Shown: positions 54,097 through 63,920 of the stretch, piece after piece
Numbering within the stretch: the stretch's first letter is position 1
Layout: each line of letters opens with the position of its first letter
DNA from: Candidatus Falkowbacteria bacterium
GTDB lineage: Bacteria > Patescibacteriota > Patescibacteriia > XYB2-FULL-38-15
Reading direction: 5' to 3'
DNA length: 64,000 nt
Assembly (NCBI GenBank): GCA_016214745.1
Contig: JACRNW010000012.1
Span: forward strand, 4,368 to 68,367
Made by a program: the position numbers and the translations under genes
Notes under the pieces: generated by a model
What the model was told of the DNA's origin: nothing
What the model saw: the letters and a program-made list of their open reading frames with translations, nothing else
Database searches by the model: none

Positions 54097-56097
54097 TTAA
54101 AAAGTCAGAGGGTTTAACGCCGGATCGGGGATTCCTGACGGTGAGGTTGGTACAGTCGCCGGCGGTTCTGTTGGCGGCGGGGTCGGTTCTTTTCCGACCA
54201 AACAAACCGCGCTCCATGGAACATAATGGCTTGTCCAAGTTTCAGTTTTTATTTCACCGTCCTTAGAAGCAATAGTTCTCTCAAACGCAGCGTCCGCGCC
54301 GGTATGCGCGCGCTCAGTACATTTTTTTTCGCCGGGCGCCAAGTCCGTGGTTTCAACAATTTTAGTCGGGCCGGGGCTCACAAAATTAAAAACTCTTGGC
54401 GTTGTTATTTCTACCTTACGTCCGTCGGGCGTACCCCAGAGTTCAAAAATTAATTCATTGCCGTCAATTTTCGTTTGGAGCAAAAGATAAGCCGGCGTAT
54501 CATTGATAAACTTAAGATCAGGACTTGGACTGTAAATTGTCGCGTCCATGCCGGCTGGTTCATAATAAACTACGCGGTAAGAATGAGGCCGGCGTTCGGT
54601 AATGGGCAGGCCGGCGTTTAAAGCCACGCGGAACATTGTCGTGCCGATTTGGCAGAGGCCGCCGCCGTATTCGGGAATTGTTTTATCGCCCTTGATAACC
54701 AGCTCCTGCAGATAGCCGGTACGTCCGCTTATTTCTCCGAGAGTTTTGTCGGTGGAAAATTCTTCGCCAGGAGCAATTAAGACGCCATTAAGTTTTGCCG
54801 CTCCGACCGCGATGTTGTGGCGGCGATTTACCGGGCTTCCGGAAAAATCTGAAATACCTTCGCCGACCAATTCCTGAATTCCTAAATTATTAAGACTGCC
54901 GATTGGAATTTGCGGAGCGGTAATTTTTACAATTAATTGGATAATGTCAGAATTGTCTAGTTTATAATTTGACGGACAACTGGCGGGAATTTTTGTTTCG
55001 TCAAAATTTATCAAGTAATCATTTATGATATTGTAGCTTGCCTCAACATTTAATTCTTTTCCGCCCTGATGGAGCTGAAATTCTTTGACAACGCCGTTTT
55101 CAATCGTGAACTTGGCGTTTTGCGGGGCGACGTCAATCGTCTTTGCCAAAGTTTTTAAATATTCTTCAGTTTTTTCTTTATTTAGTCCGGCTATTACGCT
55201 GTTCGGCGTTAATTGAAACTCCATCCATAATCTGATTTGATCTTGAGTTATATTCCAGATTTTTTTATTTTCTTTGACAGAGATAAGGCAAAGTCCAGCC
55301 AGTTTTTTTGCTCGATCCGCGGCCAAGGTCGCTTCGGCTTTTTTTATTTTTGCTTTTCCGGCCACAAAATCAATCGGCGTCGGGGTTGTATCAAGGACGG
55401 AAACTTTGGCAAAAGCTTCATCAATTGCTGATGAATAATCAAAGACTTGGCCGTCTTCTTCGTCGCTCACTTTGGTGGAAACAGTTCGTCCGTTTGTAAT
55501 TATTTCGAGTTGGGCATCTTTAATCGGTTTTTCAAGATAACCAAAATTTTCTTTTAAGACTGCCAGAATTTCTTCTTCATTTAGTTGATATTTAAGTTTA
55601 AGCTTTTGTCCGAAGAGTAAAAGATAAAAATGCTGCTTCAAATCATTCCAAAAATTTCCTGACCGTCCCAAGGCCATGGCTTCTTCAATTGTTCCTTTAT
55701 TATCCAAAGTAAAGACGGAGCGGGAGAGGTCGGGGTCAGTTGGGGCAGTAACAAGCGGAACGACTGATGCTTTTTTATTTTGGTAAATAAAAGTAACCCC
55801 TTCCTCGTTGTAGGTTCTGGTTGTCTCATTGAGCAGGTTGAAGGCATGATCGTTTGTTTTTCCGCCGATATTTAAATCCCCGATTTTTACGCCGGGAAAA
55901 ATTTTATCGGAGAAAACTTCTTCAAAGGCAAAAACCGTGGCGGTCGGCAAAACTATTAATAACAAAAAAATGGCAATAACAATTTTATGCCATTTTTTAA
56001 TGATGAATTTTCGCGGAGTTGCTTCAGCTATTTTCACCTCGGGATTTGCTAAATTTTTATTTTTTTCTTTACGCATCTTTTCTTGCCCGCTCACCAA
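54097..56097 (-). CDS. VanW-domain membrane-anchored protein with a Pro-rich C-terminus.
   Basis: An N-terminal TM segment is present. The VanW core reads YGGGLCQIGTTMFRVALNAGLPITERRPHSYRVVYYEPAGMDATIY. Confidence 0.7.
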   Translation of the reverse strand: MVSGQEKMRKEKNKNLANPEVKIAEATPRKFIIKKWHKIVIAIFLLLIVLPTATVFAFEEVFSDKIFPGVKIGDLNIGGKTNDHAFNLLNETTRTYNEEGVTFIYQNKKASVVPLVTAPTDPDLSRSVFTLDNKGTIEEAMALGRSGNFWNDLKQHFYLLLFGQKLKLKYQLNEEEILAVLKENFGYLEKPIKDAQLEIITNGRTVSTKVSDEEDGQVFDYSSAIDEAFAKVSVLDTTPTPIDFVAGKAKIKKAEATLAADRAKKLAGLCLISVKENKKIWNITQDQIRLWMEFQLTPNSVIAGLNKEKTEEYLKTLAKTIDVAPQNAKFTIENGVVKEFQLHQGGKELNVEASYNIINDYLINFDETKIPASCPSNYKLDNSDIIQLIVKITAPQIPIGSLNNLGIQELVGEGISDFSGSPVNRRHNIAVGAAKLNGVLIAPGEEFSTDKTLGEISGRTGYLQELVIKGDKTIPEYGGGLCQIGTTMFRVALNAGLPITERRPHSYRVVYYEPAGMDATIYSPSPDLKFINDTPAYLLLQTKIDGNELIFELWGTPDGRKVEITTPRVFNFVSPGPTKIVETTDLAPGEKKCTERAHTGADAAFERTIASKDGEIKTETWTSHYVPWSAVCLVGKEPTPPPTEPPATVPTSPSGIPDPALNPLTF

Positions 56098-56140
56098 TTC
56101 TAGAAAAATTTTTCCATTGCAAAAAATTATTTCACGGGAG

Positions 56141-56398
56141 TTAAGGTTTTTTATGATGATCTTTGTCGGAATTGGTGGGCGGGTGAACCTGTAATATTTC
56201 GTTCAGGAGAGTTTTGGCCAATTTAGCTCTTTCTTCTTCATCAGTTTGGCTTGTAGAAATACTAAGCCGGAGAGCTGAACCTTCTTTTGCGTCATCGGGG
56301 AGATCTTTTTTGGGCCAGATAATTTCTTGTCCGTCTTCGGTTTTTATAACAGCAGAATCGCCTTCAAATCGATCAACCGCCGCTTTTATAAATTTCAT
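56141..56398 (-). CDS. Small hypothetical protein (DUF3006-like).
   Basis: 85 aa. The sequence includes FEGDSAVIKTEDGQEIIWPKKDLP. Confidence 0.4.
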   Translation of the reverse strand: MKFIKAAVDRFEGDSAVIKTEDGQEIIWPKKDLPDDAKEGSALRLSISTSQTDEEERAKLAKTLLNEILQVHPPTNSDKDHHKKP

Positions 56399-56403
56399 AA
56401 AAT

Positions 56404-56841
56404 TTAAAACTCCTCCTTAACTTTAATTTGAGCGTCGGAAACAGCTTTGGGCAGAATAATTGTCAGAAGTCCGTTTTTTAGAATTGCTTTTATTTTATCC
56501 GCTTTGACATCTTGAGGCAGAACAATAGTTCTTGAAAAACCTCCCCAGTAGCATTCGCGGTAAAGATAATCGGAAGGGTTAATATTGGCCTCGGCTTCGC
56601 GTTTTCCACGGATAGTCAGAAGATCATTATTTACGAGAATATTTAAATCTTCCGGTTTTACGCCAGCCACGGTTGACCGAACAACAATTTCTTTATCATT
56701 ATGATAAACATCAACAGAGAGCTGGCCTTCATATTCTTTGGCCAGCCAGGTATGGGGCTCTCCGTCGCCCTCTTTTTGCACCGGGAAAAAATTCTCCTCT
56801 TCAGGTTTTTGATTTTTTAATGGGAAGAGGTTTTTGAGCAT
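56404..56841 (-). CDS. Hsp20/alpha-crystallin family small heat-shock protein.
   Basis: The alpha-crystallin domain reads VDVYHNDKEIVVRSTVAGVKPEDLNILVNNDLLTIRGKRE ... KNGLLTIILPKA. Confidence 0.85.
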   Translation of the reverse strand: MLKNLFPLKNQKPEEENFFPVQKEGDGEPHTWLAKEYEGQLSVDVYHNDKEIVVRSTVAGVKPEDLNILVNNDLLTIRGKREAEANINPSDYLYRECYWGGFSRTIVLPQDVKADKIKAILKNGLLTIILPKAVSDAQIKVKEEF

Positions 56842-56925
56842 AGGCTTTAAATAAGTTATATTATTGTAGTAGATTTTTAAATAGTTGTCAAAATTTTTAA
56901 CTTCTGATATTATATTAAATAACTT

Positions 56926-57003
56926 GGCCCTATCGTCTAGTCTGGTCTAGGACACCACGCTTTCAATGTGGTAACCCGGGTTCGAATCCCGGTGGGGCTA
57001 CCA
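56926..57003 (+). tRNA. tRNA-Glu (anticodon TTC).
   Basis: Cloverleaf: GGCCCTA-TC-GTCTAGTCTGGTCTAGGAC-A-CCACGCTTTCAATGTGG-TAAC-CCGGGTTCGAATCCCGG-TGGGGCT-A-CCA. The 3' end is overlapped by IR1-L and by the recombinase ORF tail. Confidence 0.75.
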
Positions 57004-58525
57004 GAAAAAAACTTTTCGGATTTTCGGTAAAAATTTGGTTGACGGCGCACAGCGCCGCCCACGGGTTTTTCGGCGAATTGTCGCCGTTTTTTATTTCCCC
57101 CCACACCACTTGTCCGCCCGTAAGGCGGAGGTTCGAGCCAAATATTTTTTTGGCCATAACCTTTTTGTCTAAAAGGTTATGCTCCCGCGCGATTTTAGGC
57201 AGATTCTCTGCCTCTTTTATCCATTCCTTCATCGGTTCGATCCAGCCAGTCCGCTTTTGTTTCAGGTGGACAATTTTTTCTTCCAGCGACTTTTTCTCAC
57301 TTATAAATTTAGCCTTCTTTTCTAAGTATACCTCTCGCTCAATATCCTGCTCCAAGTAACTATCTAAAAGTCGCTGTAGCTTCATTTTTAGGGACTCTAT
57401 GGTATTTTTGATCTCTTGAACAAAAGCGGCCGAGGATTGGGCATCTTGGTTTTTGTCTTTTTCGAGCAAGGCGGTTAATTGCGTTGCCCAATCCTCGCTC
57501 AAAGAAAATTTTTCAAGCAAAAGGGATGTCTGCTCATCTAAACACTCCTGGCGAATACAGGGCTCGTCACATTTTATTGCCTTGTTCTTTTTGGTGCAGT
57601 GATAATAAATATAATCATGAGTATTACCATTCTTTTGTTTTTTCACCCTGTATTCGCCAGTTATGCCCATACCACAAGTGCCACATCTTAACATGCCGCA
57701 AAATGCTTGCGGTTCATTTTTTGTTTTGTGGTGCGGTCTGCTTTTTTGCTTCAAAATATTCTGTACTTGGTCAAAAATTTTCTTTGAGATGACTGGCTGA
57801 TGTTTGCCCTCATAAAGTTCTTTACCGTACCTAAAAAATCCAACATAAAACGGATTGGAAAGGATAAAAGAAACTCTGTCTCGTTTCCAGTGTTTACCAT
57901 TACGCGATGTTATTCCTTGTTGCGCCAAAAAGTTAGAGATATCCTCTAGTCGTGAATTGCCTTGCGCGTATAGTTCAAAAGTTTTTCGCAAGATTTCCGC
58001 TTGCTTTTTATCCACAGCCACATTTTTAGTGCGGGGGTCGTTGAAATACCAAAACGGCGCAAGGCCGGGATACTCTCCGCGCCTAACTTTTTGGCGCATA
58101 CCTCGCTTTACATTTTCGGATAATGAATCAACATAATATTTGCTTTGCCCAAAAGCAATATTTAGCATAAATTTCCCTTGTGGCGTGCTTTCAAACCAAA
58201 ACTGCGGAAATTTTAAGGCCGTAATATGCCCGCAATCTAAAAGATAAATTATCTTTCCACCATCCACAGAATTGCGCGCTAATCGGTCGGGATGCCACGA
58301 AATTATGCCATTTGCTTCCCCGCGCTCTATTCTTTCTAACATGGTATTAAAAACCGGTCTGCCTGGAATTTTAGCCGATTGTTTTTCTATTAACTCCTCA
58401 ACAATAATCAGACCTTCATTTCTGGCAAAGGCGCGCAATTCTGTGGTCTGGGCTTCAATACTCAAAACTTGCTTATCTTCCACATCCGTGGATTTGCGGG
58501 CATACAAAAAGAATTTTTGTTCCAT
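56963..58525 (-). CDS. Large serine recombinase (resolvase/invertase N-domain + recombinase domain + zinc ribbon). Its C-terminal roughly 45 aa are encoded by IR1-L.
   Basis: Catalytic N-terminus LYARKSTDVEDKQVLSIEAQ ... GIISWHPDRLARN. Zinc ribbon CGMLRCGTCGMGITGEY..YYHCTKK. A C-terminal coiled coil is present. The start is reassigned to MEQKFFLYARKST. Confidence 0.85.
   Translation of the reverse strand: MEQKFFLYARKSTDVEDKQVLSIEAQTTELRAFARNEGLIIVEELIEKQSAKIPGRPVFNTMLERIERGEANGIISWHPDRLARNSVDGGKIIYLLDCGHITALKFPQFWFESTPQGKFMLNIAFGQSKYYVDSLSENVKRGMRQKVRRGEYPGLAPFWYFNDPRTKNVAVDKKQAEILRKTFELYAQGNSRLEDISNFLAQQGITSRNGKHWKRDRVSFILSNPFYVGFFRYGKELYEGKHQPVISKKIFDQVQNILKQKSRPHHKTKNEPQAFCGMLRCGTCGMGITGEYRVKKQKNGNTHDYIYYHCTKKNKAIKCDEPCIRQECLDEQTSLLLEKFSLSEDWATQLTALLEKDKNQDAQSSAAFVQEIKNTIESLKMKLQRLLDSYLEQDIEREVYLEKKAKFISEKKSLEEKIVHLKQKRTGWIEPMKEWIKEAENLPKIAREHNLLDKKVMAKKIFGSNLRLTGGQVVWGEIKNGDNSPKNPWAALCAVNQIFTENPKSFFLVAPPGFEPGLPH
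56999..57135. repeat. Inverted repeat IR1-L (137 bp), a perfect inverted copy of 58737..58873. It starts in the tRNA-Glu 3' end.
   Basis: The reverse complement of 58737..58873 matches base-for-base as read. It contains the hairpin ccgcc-cgtaa-ggcgg. Confidence 0.85.
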
Positions 58526-58736
58526 ATATTTTTTATTAAAATTTAAATAGCCGCCCTGGTGCAGCCAACCCAAGAGAAAGTCTCAAGGATTGATTCCAAG
58601 ACGGCTATTAAAAAAGACTTTCTTGATTTGGTTGGCTGCGTATTAAGTATACCACAAATATAAAAAACAACAAAACAAAAATTCTTTTTGTCGGGCAAAG
58701 CAAATAACGAGACAGAATTTCAAATCGCGCGGGTGG

Positions 58737-58873
58737 CGAACCTCCGCCTTACGGGCGGACAAGTGGTGTGGGGGGAAATAAAAAACGGCGACAATTCGCC
58801 GAAAAACCCGTGGGCGGCGCTGTGCGCCGTCAACCAAATTTTTACCGAAAATCCGAAAAGTTTTTTTCTGGTA
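58737..58873. repeat. Inverted repeat IR1-R.
   Basis: Partner of 56999..57135. It generates the spurious ORF 58688..58918. Confidence 0.85.
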
Positions 58874-58887
58874 TCACTTTACAACGA

Positions 58888-59009
58888 AATACGAACCTTT
58901 TTTGAACAAAATTATTAGGGGTTTATGGTGTAGGGGCTGGCCGCCCCTACAACCCCGCAAATTCGTGCGGGCAAAAAGGAAGGGGTTTTAGGGGAGGGAA
59001 TTTTTGCCC
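58888..59009. repeat. Inverted repeat IR2-L (122 bp), a perfect inverted copy of 63129..63251, composed of three hairpins.
   Basis: gaaatacgaaccttttttgaacaaaattattaggggtttatggtgtaggggctggccgcccctacaaccccgcaaattcgtgcgggcaaaaaggaaggggttttaggggagggaatttttgccc equals the reverse complement of 63129..63251. Confidence 0.85.
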
Positions 59010-62000
59010 AGTTGGTACGCCGCGATACTCAAATCGAACGAAGTAAAAGTCCTCGCCACCCAAGTATTTATCCATTTTTTCATTGTGTGTCAAGAAAAAT
59101 CCTCGGCTTTCAAACCACTGTCGCACTCGTTCGTTCATTATCATTGCATATGATGTGCTTGCTCGCGCTTCCGCTTCAATCGGTACTTTGTATGCTGTCG
59201 CGATATCAAGGACGCGCTCCATCATTTTTCTTGCCAAACCTTTTCCTTGGTAGTTTGGCAAAATGGCCATATCATGCACATGAGCTGCGCGTTCGCTGGG
59301 ATTGACTTCCGATTCTTCAGGAAGAACAAGTAGGTAACCAGCGGCTTCTTTACCGGATCTGACGACAAAACTCGACGCGGCGCCGGGCACTTCCAATTCG
59401 CGCTGCTTGCGCAAAATATCAGCGATGTGCGCTTTCCCTTGAGTCATTCCTTGCGGATAAATTGCTTCTTCAAGTTTTGCAATGAGTTCCACATCTCTTT
59501 CAGTAAGATTGGCGTAAGTAATGGCTTCGTCTAAAGATTCAACGCCGCGAATTTTAGGCATATCATAAATTTGGTCGCCGCGCGCGTCGGAATATCCAAC
59601 ATGCGTTTTCGGCTCGTACACATTTTGTTCAAGCCTTCCACCAGGCGGAATCAAATCTGAATAACCAGTCCCAACTTTTACCGGACGACTCGTATATTCT
59701 GCCCAAAATGTTTGGTACACACGCGCTAAAAGCGGGGAAAGATTTTTGTAATTATTCGCCACCTCGATATTATCCAAGATCACCACATCTGAATTATCTC
59801 GACGATTCCGGCTGTCGACGATAACGGATTGCGCAACAATGCGTCCATTGTATTTGATAGTGAAGTATTGAGTGGAAGGATTAAACATGTAGTCAGTATT
59901 TTTGGAGTCGCCAAACGGCATGCAACAATCCGTATAGTTTCCACACACCCACCCTTCAGGGTCTGATTTTGCGTGAACTTGTGCTTCAACCAATGGACCA
60001 ACATCAACATTTTGTTCTTGAAGCAAGCGAATAACATCCTCCTCAATATCAACGGGTATATTTTGAAAAAGATCAGGTACTTCCATTTGTTTTTCGCCCA
60101 TTTTTCGGCCTTTGATTAGTTGCTTGAGTTGAAAGAATAACCCCTTAATGTCTTTAGCGGTGCCGCGGATTTTCATTTTTTGAGAACCTAATCCTTCTTT
60201 TAGGGCTTCAGTTAAGGCTCGGCCGGCAAAAATACGGCGGTGCGGTTCAAATGGTTGCTCGCTGTCCAATTTTCCCTCTGCGAGATCGTGAAAATCTGCT
60301 CTGCGTTTTAATTTTTCAAGCGCGCCAAGATTAAATCCTGGGGCGGCGGTAATTTCTAAAATTTCAGGAGGCAAACCGGAAAGATCAAGATTAGATTCAA
60401 CTGCAAACACTCGTTTTTTTAATTCACGCAAAGATGACACTGGACCATGATTTTGAAACGGATCGCGTTCTTTGTTATATCGTGGCAGGAAGTTAATAAA
60501 TTCTTGATTATCATCCATTGTCTGTATTCCATTCAAAATGCCTTTTGCTTCAGCTGGTTCAAGTCGTCGAATATTTGGCACCCAAAAAAGTACATCATGC
60601 CAATTTGCCAATCGTCCGTCGGTTCCTCGCGTTGCGTTAAACCGCAAAAGATAATTCTGCACCACCGTGCCGCCCGTATATTCTGCCGCTTCTTTATACC
60701 AACCTCTGATTTCTGGTGTTTGAGCCGCGAGACATAGTCTGAAATCAAGATCGTTTTTTGATTCAGGGGTTTCTGCAAAAATCTTTTGCCATTCGCGGCC
60801 TTCTGCGCTCGCGCGCCATTCGGCATAACGCACGAGGCCATTTGGGTCGCGCAAAACATAATCATTAGCGTACTCGTAATACATCTCAACTTCTGCCTGC
60901 GACACTGCGGTTTGTAATTCCGCTGGCCAATCAGCGACGGCAAAAGAAAGATCATCGCCTTCGTGTCCGTCAACAATACCTTTTAGATATCGCTGTTTAT
61001 CATGTGCTAAAGCAACGCCTCTCAAATCCTGTCCATGTTCCAATGCCTGAACGACAAGTCCAAGAGTTGCCTGTTTTCCTTGCTGTTCAGTTTGTTCTCT
61101 GCCATAACCACCGGCTTCCTGTTGTCCTAAAAGTGCAGCGATTAAATTACCATGTTGTTCAAGATATTTATTTAATTTATCTTGAGGCACGTCTGCAACG
61201 GATAAATCATAACGGCCCCAGTCAACCCACTGCTGATAAAATTTTGTTCCTTCAGCGCGATAGGGATTTTTCAAAAAAACTTGCAAGGCCAGCCAGTGCA
61301 TGCGCTTGCCTTCAAAAAATAAATCACGGCAAGCCCTTACGCCGATGACTTCTTCCCATGTTTTTCCTTCCGCTCGTTTTCCAAGCCGCTTTCGCGCCGC
61401 TTCAATTCTTGGCGCTTCGCGTTGCTGTAAATACTGCCAGACGCCTTTTTCAATGAGTTTGTGCGCTTCTGCTAACTGTTTTTTCAGTTTATCTGGTTCC
61501 ATTTTACTTACATCAAATCCGAGTTTTTCCAAAAGTTGCCAGCCGCTCATTTGACGGGAAACATCTCTATCATCAGCGGCGAGTATGCCTTTGGCGCGTT
61601 CCGGTCCTACGGCCTTCAAAAAATCATAAACCACCGCGTCGGAATAGTTATACGGCGACTGTTCTCCTCTGCGACAACGAAATTGCTCAATAAGTTCTGC
61701 GGTTTCCGGGTCTGCTTTTGCCGCGCGCAAACCTAAGGTCTCACGAACGCCAGTTTTTACTTGGGCAACCGCATTTTCTCTATCAATTTTTCCAAAAATA
61801 ACAGGCTTGTCATAAAATTTAGAAAGCACAAAATCAATTGTCGCTCCTTGCCGCTCGCTCTCGTTTGGTTCGGCGAAAAGTCGTTCCAGTCGTCTTGAAG
61901 TTCGCTCAAAATTTTGATAATCACGCAAAGCGTCACCAGACAGCAAGCCATATTTTTTTGCTATGGCCTCATACTTAAAATGTAATTGGCGCATGACCCT

Positions 62001-62933
62001 GCCGGAAGAAACGCCAGTCAATAATAGCTCGCGGTCGCGTATATTTTGACCAAGTTCTGCCGCCATTCTTTCTCGCGCCGCATGAATGACTGGGGCTCGA
62101 GCTTGACTTTCAATCTGGCCTCTTTCTTCCCAAGCTAAGTATTCGCCTGTTGGTAATTGTCCGTGTTCATTTACACCGCGTGCTTCAAAAGCAGTGCGCA
62201 CCGCTTCAGTCATGGATAAATTTGCTTGCTCAGAAAATTTGTCATTGTAATATATTGATAAATTTTCAGAAATTCTTGCGAGCTGATGTTTCATCGTGCG
62301 CACAAGCGGAGCAATGTTGCGCACATCCGGCTCAAACATTGTATTCGTTTGTTCATCCCAAGCACGCATGCCAAAATCGTTTACGCCAAGGTAGCGATTT
62401 TGTGAGCGAAGAAAATAGCGATGTGGCATAGCTACATCCGCCCCTTGCACATCTCGTCGAGTATCAATCCTGACATTCTCTTTCGCCCACGCCAACGCTA
62501 AAAGATCTGCGGTTGTAATTTCCGAGGCAGGAGAACCGTCGGGATTGTATTCGTCAGTTTTATAAATGGTTTTCTTTCCATTCTCTTCGCGAATAAAATA
62601 CTGCCCACCCAGCATGGCGATTTCTTCGTTGGTTAATCGCAGACGACGAATAACTGCGTCTTGATCTACTTCTTGGCCTTCCGCAAGCAAAAGCGGCAAC
62701 AATTCCTTAAAATGTTTTTCGGTAAAAGAAGACGCTTCGGTTTCAATATCTTTTCTTGTTAAGGGTTTTTCAGCTGCCTCAACTTCAAACTGTTCATCCA
62801 ATTCGGGATGATGACCGCCTTCTTTGCTTTTTGGAGTTTGCCGCCATTCCTCCAAACCCTCATCGATTTCTTTTGCCGCCTGACGTTTTGAATATCGTTC
62901 AGGCATTGAAAAACGTTCTGACATAAATTTCAA
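58947..62933 (-). CDS. Large (1328 aa) cytoplasmic hypothetical protein with a C-terminal GNAT N-acetyltransferase domain.
   Basis: The GNAT motif is HVHDMAILPNYQGKGLARKMMERVLDIATAYKVPIEAEA. No signal peptide. About 47% GC. Its 3' end lies within IR2-L. Confidence 0.6.
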   Translation of the reverse strand: MKFMSERFSMPERYSKRQAAKEIDEGLEEWRQTPKSKEGGHHPELDEQFEVEAAEKPLTRKDIETEASSFTEKHFKELLPLLLAEGQEVDQDAVIRRLRLTNEEIAMLGGQYFIREENGKKTIYKTDEYNPDGSPASEITTADLLALAWAKENVRIDTRRDVQGADVAMPHRYFLRSQNRYLGVNDFGMRAWDEQTNTMFEPDVRNIAPLVRTMKHQLARISENLSIYYNDKFSEQANLSMTEAVRTAFEARGVNEHGQLPTGEYLAWEERGQIESQARAPVIHAARERMAAELGQNIRDRELLLTGVSSGRVMRQLHFKYEAIAKKYGLLSGDALRDYQNFERTSRRLERLFAEPNESERQGATIDFVLSKFYDKPVIFGKIDRENAVAQVKTGVRETLGLRAAKADPETAELIEQFRCRRGEQSPYNYSDAVVYDFLKAVGPERAKGILAADDRDVSRQMSGWQLLEKLGFDVSKMEPDKLKKQLAEAHKLIEKGVWQYLQQREAPRIEAARKRLGKRAEGKTWEEVIGVRACRDLFFEGKRMHWLALQVFLKNPYRAEGTKFYQQWVDWGRYDLSVADVPQDKLNKYLEQHGNLIAALLGQQEAGGYGREQTEQQGKQATLGLVVQALEHGQDLRGVALAHDKQRYLKGIVDGHEGDDLSFAVADWPAELQTAVSQAEVEMYYEYANDYVLRDPNGLVRYAEWRASAEGREWQKIFAETPESKNDLDFRLCLAAQTPEIRGWYKEAAEYTGGTVVQNYLLRFNATRGTDGRLANWHDVLFWVPNIRRLEPAEAKGILNGIQTMDDNQEFINFLPRYNKERDPFQNHGPVSSLRELKKRVFAVESNLDLSGLPPEILEITAAPGFNLGALEKLKRRADFHDLAEGKLDSEQPFEPHRRIFAGRALTEALKEGLGSQKMKIRGTAKDIKGLFFQLKQLIKGRKMGEKQMEVPDLFQNIPVDIEEDVIRLLQEQNVDVGPLVEAQVHAKSDPEGWVCGNYTDCCMPFGDSKNTDYMFNPSTQYFTIKYNGRIVAQSVIVDSRNRRDNSDVVILDNIEVANNYKNLSPLLARVYQTFWAEYTSRPVKVGTGYSDLIPPGGRLEQNVYEPKTHVGYSDARGDQIYDMPKIRGVESLDEAITYANLTERDVELIAKLEEAIYPQGMTQGKAHIADILRKQRELEVPGAASSFVVRSGKEAAGYLLVLPEESEVNPSERAAHVHDMAILPNYQGKGLARKMMERVLDIATAYKVPIEAEARASTSYAMIMNERVRQWFESRGFFLTHNEKMDKYLGGEDFYFVRFEYRGVPTGQKFPPLKPLPFCPHEFAGL

Positions 62934-63128
62934 AAATATTAAAATATTAAAATGATGCTAAATCACTACTCATAATTTATCATAAATCGAGTTCTAAAGC
63001 AATGAGGAGCAATACTTGCGCGCGCACGGGCGGGTGGGGCAAGCGCAAATAGTTTCGGCGGCGCATTCGCGTAAGCGAATACGAAAACTCGCGCCGTCGG
63101 CGAAAAAGCGGCGGGCGAAAATAAGGGC

Positions 63129-63251
63129 GGGCAAAAATTCCCTCCCCTAAAACCCCTTCCTTTTTGCCCGCACGAATTTGCGGGGTTGTAGGGGCGGCCA
63201 GCCCCTACACCATAAACCCCTAATAATTTTGTTCAAAAAAGGTTCGTATTT
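63129..63251. repeat. Inverted repeat IR2-R.
   Basis: Partner of 58888..59009. Confidence 0.85.
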
Positions 63252-63261
63252 TATGCAGAAC

Positions 63262-63292
63262 CCGTTTTGACGGGTTTATTTTTTAGAGTAAA
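63262..63292 (+). terminator. Intrinsic terminator-like hairpin.
   Basis: The hairpin aacccgttttgacgggtt is followed by tatttttt. Confidence 0.55.
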
Positions 63293-63302
63293 ATACCAAT
63301 AT

Positions 63303-63920
63303 ATGAAGTCTAAAAGTATTTACATAATAACTATCGTCCTCGCGATAATCTTGGCAGGATTTTTATATTTTATAATTAAAAGTAATAATAAAGAAATTGA
63401 ACTGCCCAAAATAAACTTTGATGCAGAAGCTCAACTGCCGAATGCCAATATTAATTTCAAATATCCGAAGGAGGGATTTTACAAACTAGGGATCAATCTG
63501 ACTGATTTGGCAACCAGTGAAACTTTAATATCCGGAATACATATTGAACCCACCGCAGAATTTGATAGGAACGCCCAAAGTGCTTACGTAGTGGAGGAGA
63601 TTAAATTGTTGAAGAATGAAAAAAATTTTAAAAACATGGAAGAGCTTGAGTCATTTTATAAAACAGATTTTAGTCTTTCGGAGTTTGAAAGAGAGTATGC
63701 TAAAGAAAATGGACATATTTTAGATATCAATGATAACAAATATTTTATATATAAAGTGACAGAAGACGCGACTGTGTGGCATGCATTAACTATCGCAGAA
63801 GAAGGTGTTATTGAAGTTAGTTTAGCTTACACCAATGGTTTTACCCCTTATTCAGAAAATATATACAAAAATAATGACGGACTCTTTTTGGAAATATTAG
63901 AAAATATTAATCCCAGATAA
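63303..63920 (+). CDS. Hypothetical membrane-anchored protein.
   Basis: The N-terminal TM segment reads IYIITIVLAIILAGFLYFII. No motif was recognised. Confidence 0.4.
   Translation: MKSKSIYIITIVLAIILAGFLYFIIKSNNKEIELPKINFDAEAQLPNANINFKYPKEGFYKLGINLTDLATSETLISGIHIEPTAEFDRNAQSAYVVEEIKLLKNEKNFKNMEELESFYKTDFSLSEFEREYAKENGHILDINDNKYFIYKVTEDATVWHALTIAEEGVIEVSLAYTNGFTPYSENIYKNNDGLFLEILENINPR

Noticed and set aside
58688-58918. 76-aa ORF MSGKANNETEFQIARVANLRLTGGQVVWGEIKN...
   Set aside because: It is the inverted-repeat copy (IR1-R) of the serine recombinase 3' end read on the other strand. It is an artefact of the perfect inverted repeat, not an independent gene.
56999-63251. Interpreting IR1/IR2 as assembly artefacts
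   Set aside because: It cannot be excluded from sequence alone. However, two distinct, non-homologous, perfectly inverted pairs, each precisely bracketing a gene and one beginning exactly at a tRNA 3' end, are more parsimoniously biological. Flagged for read-level verification instead.
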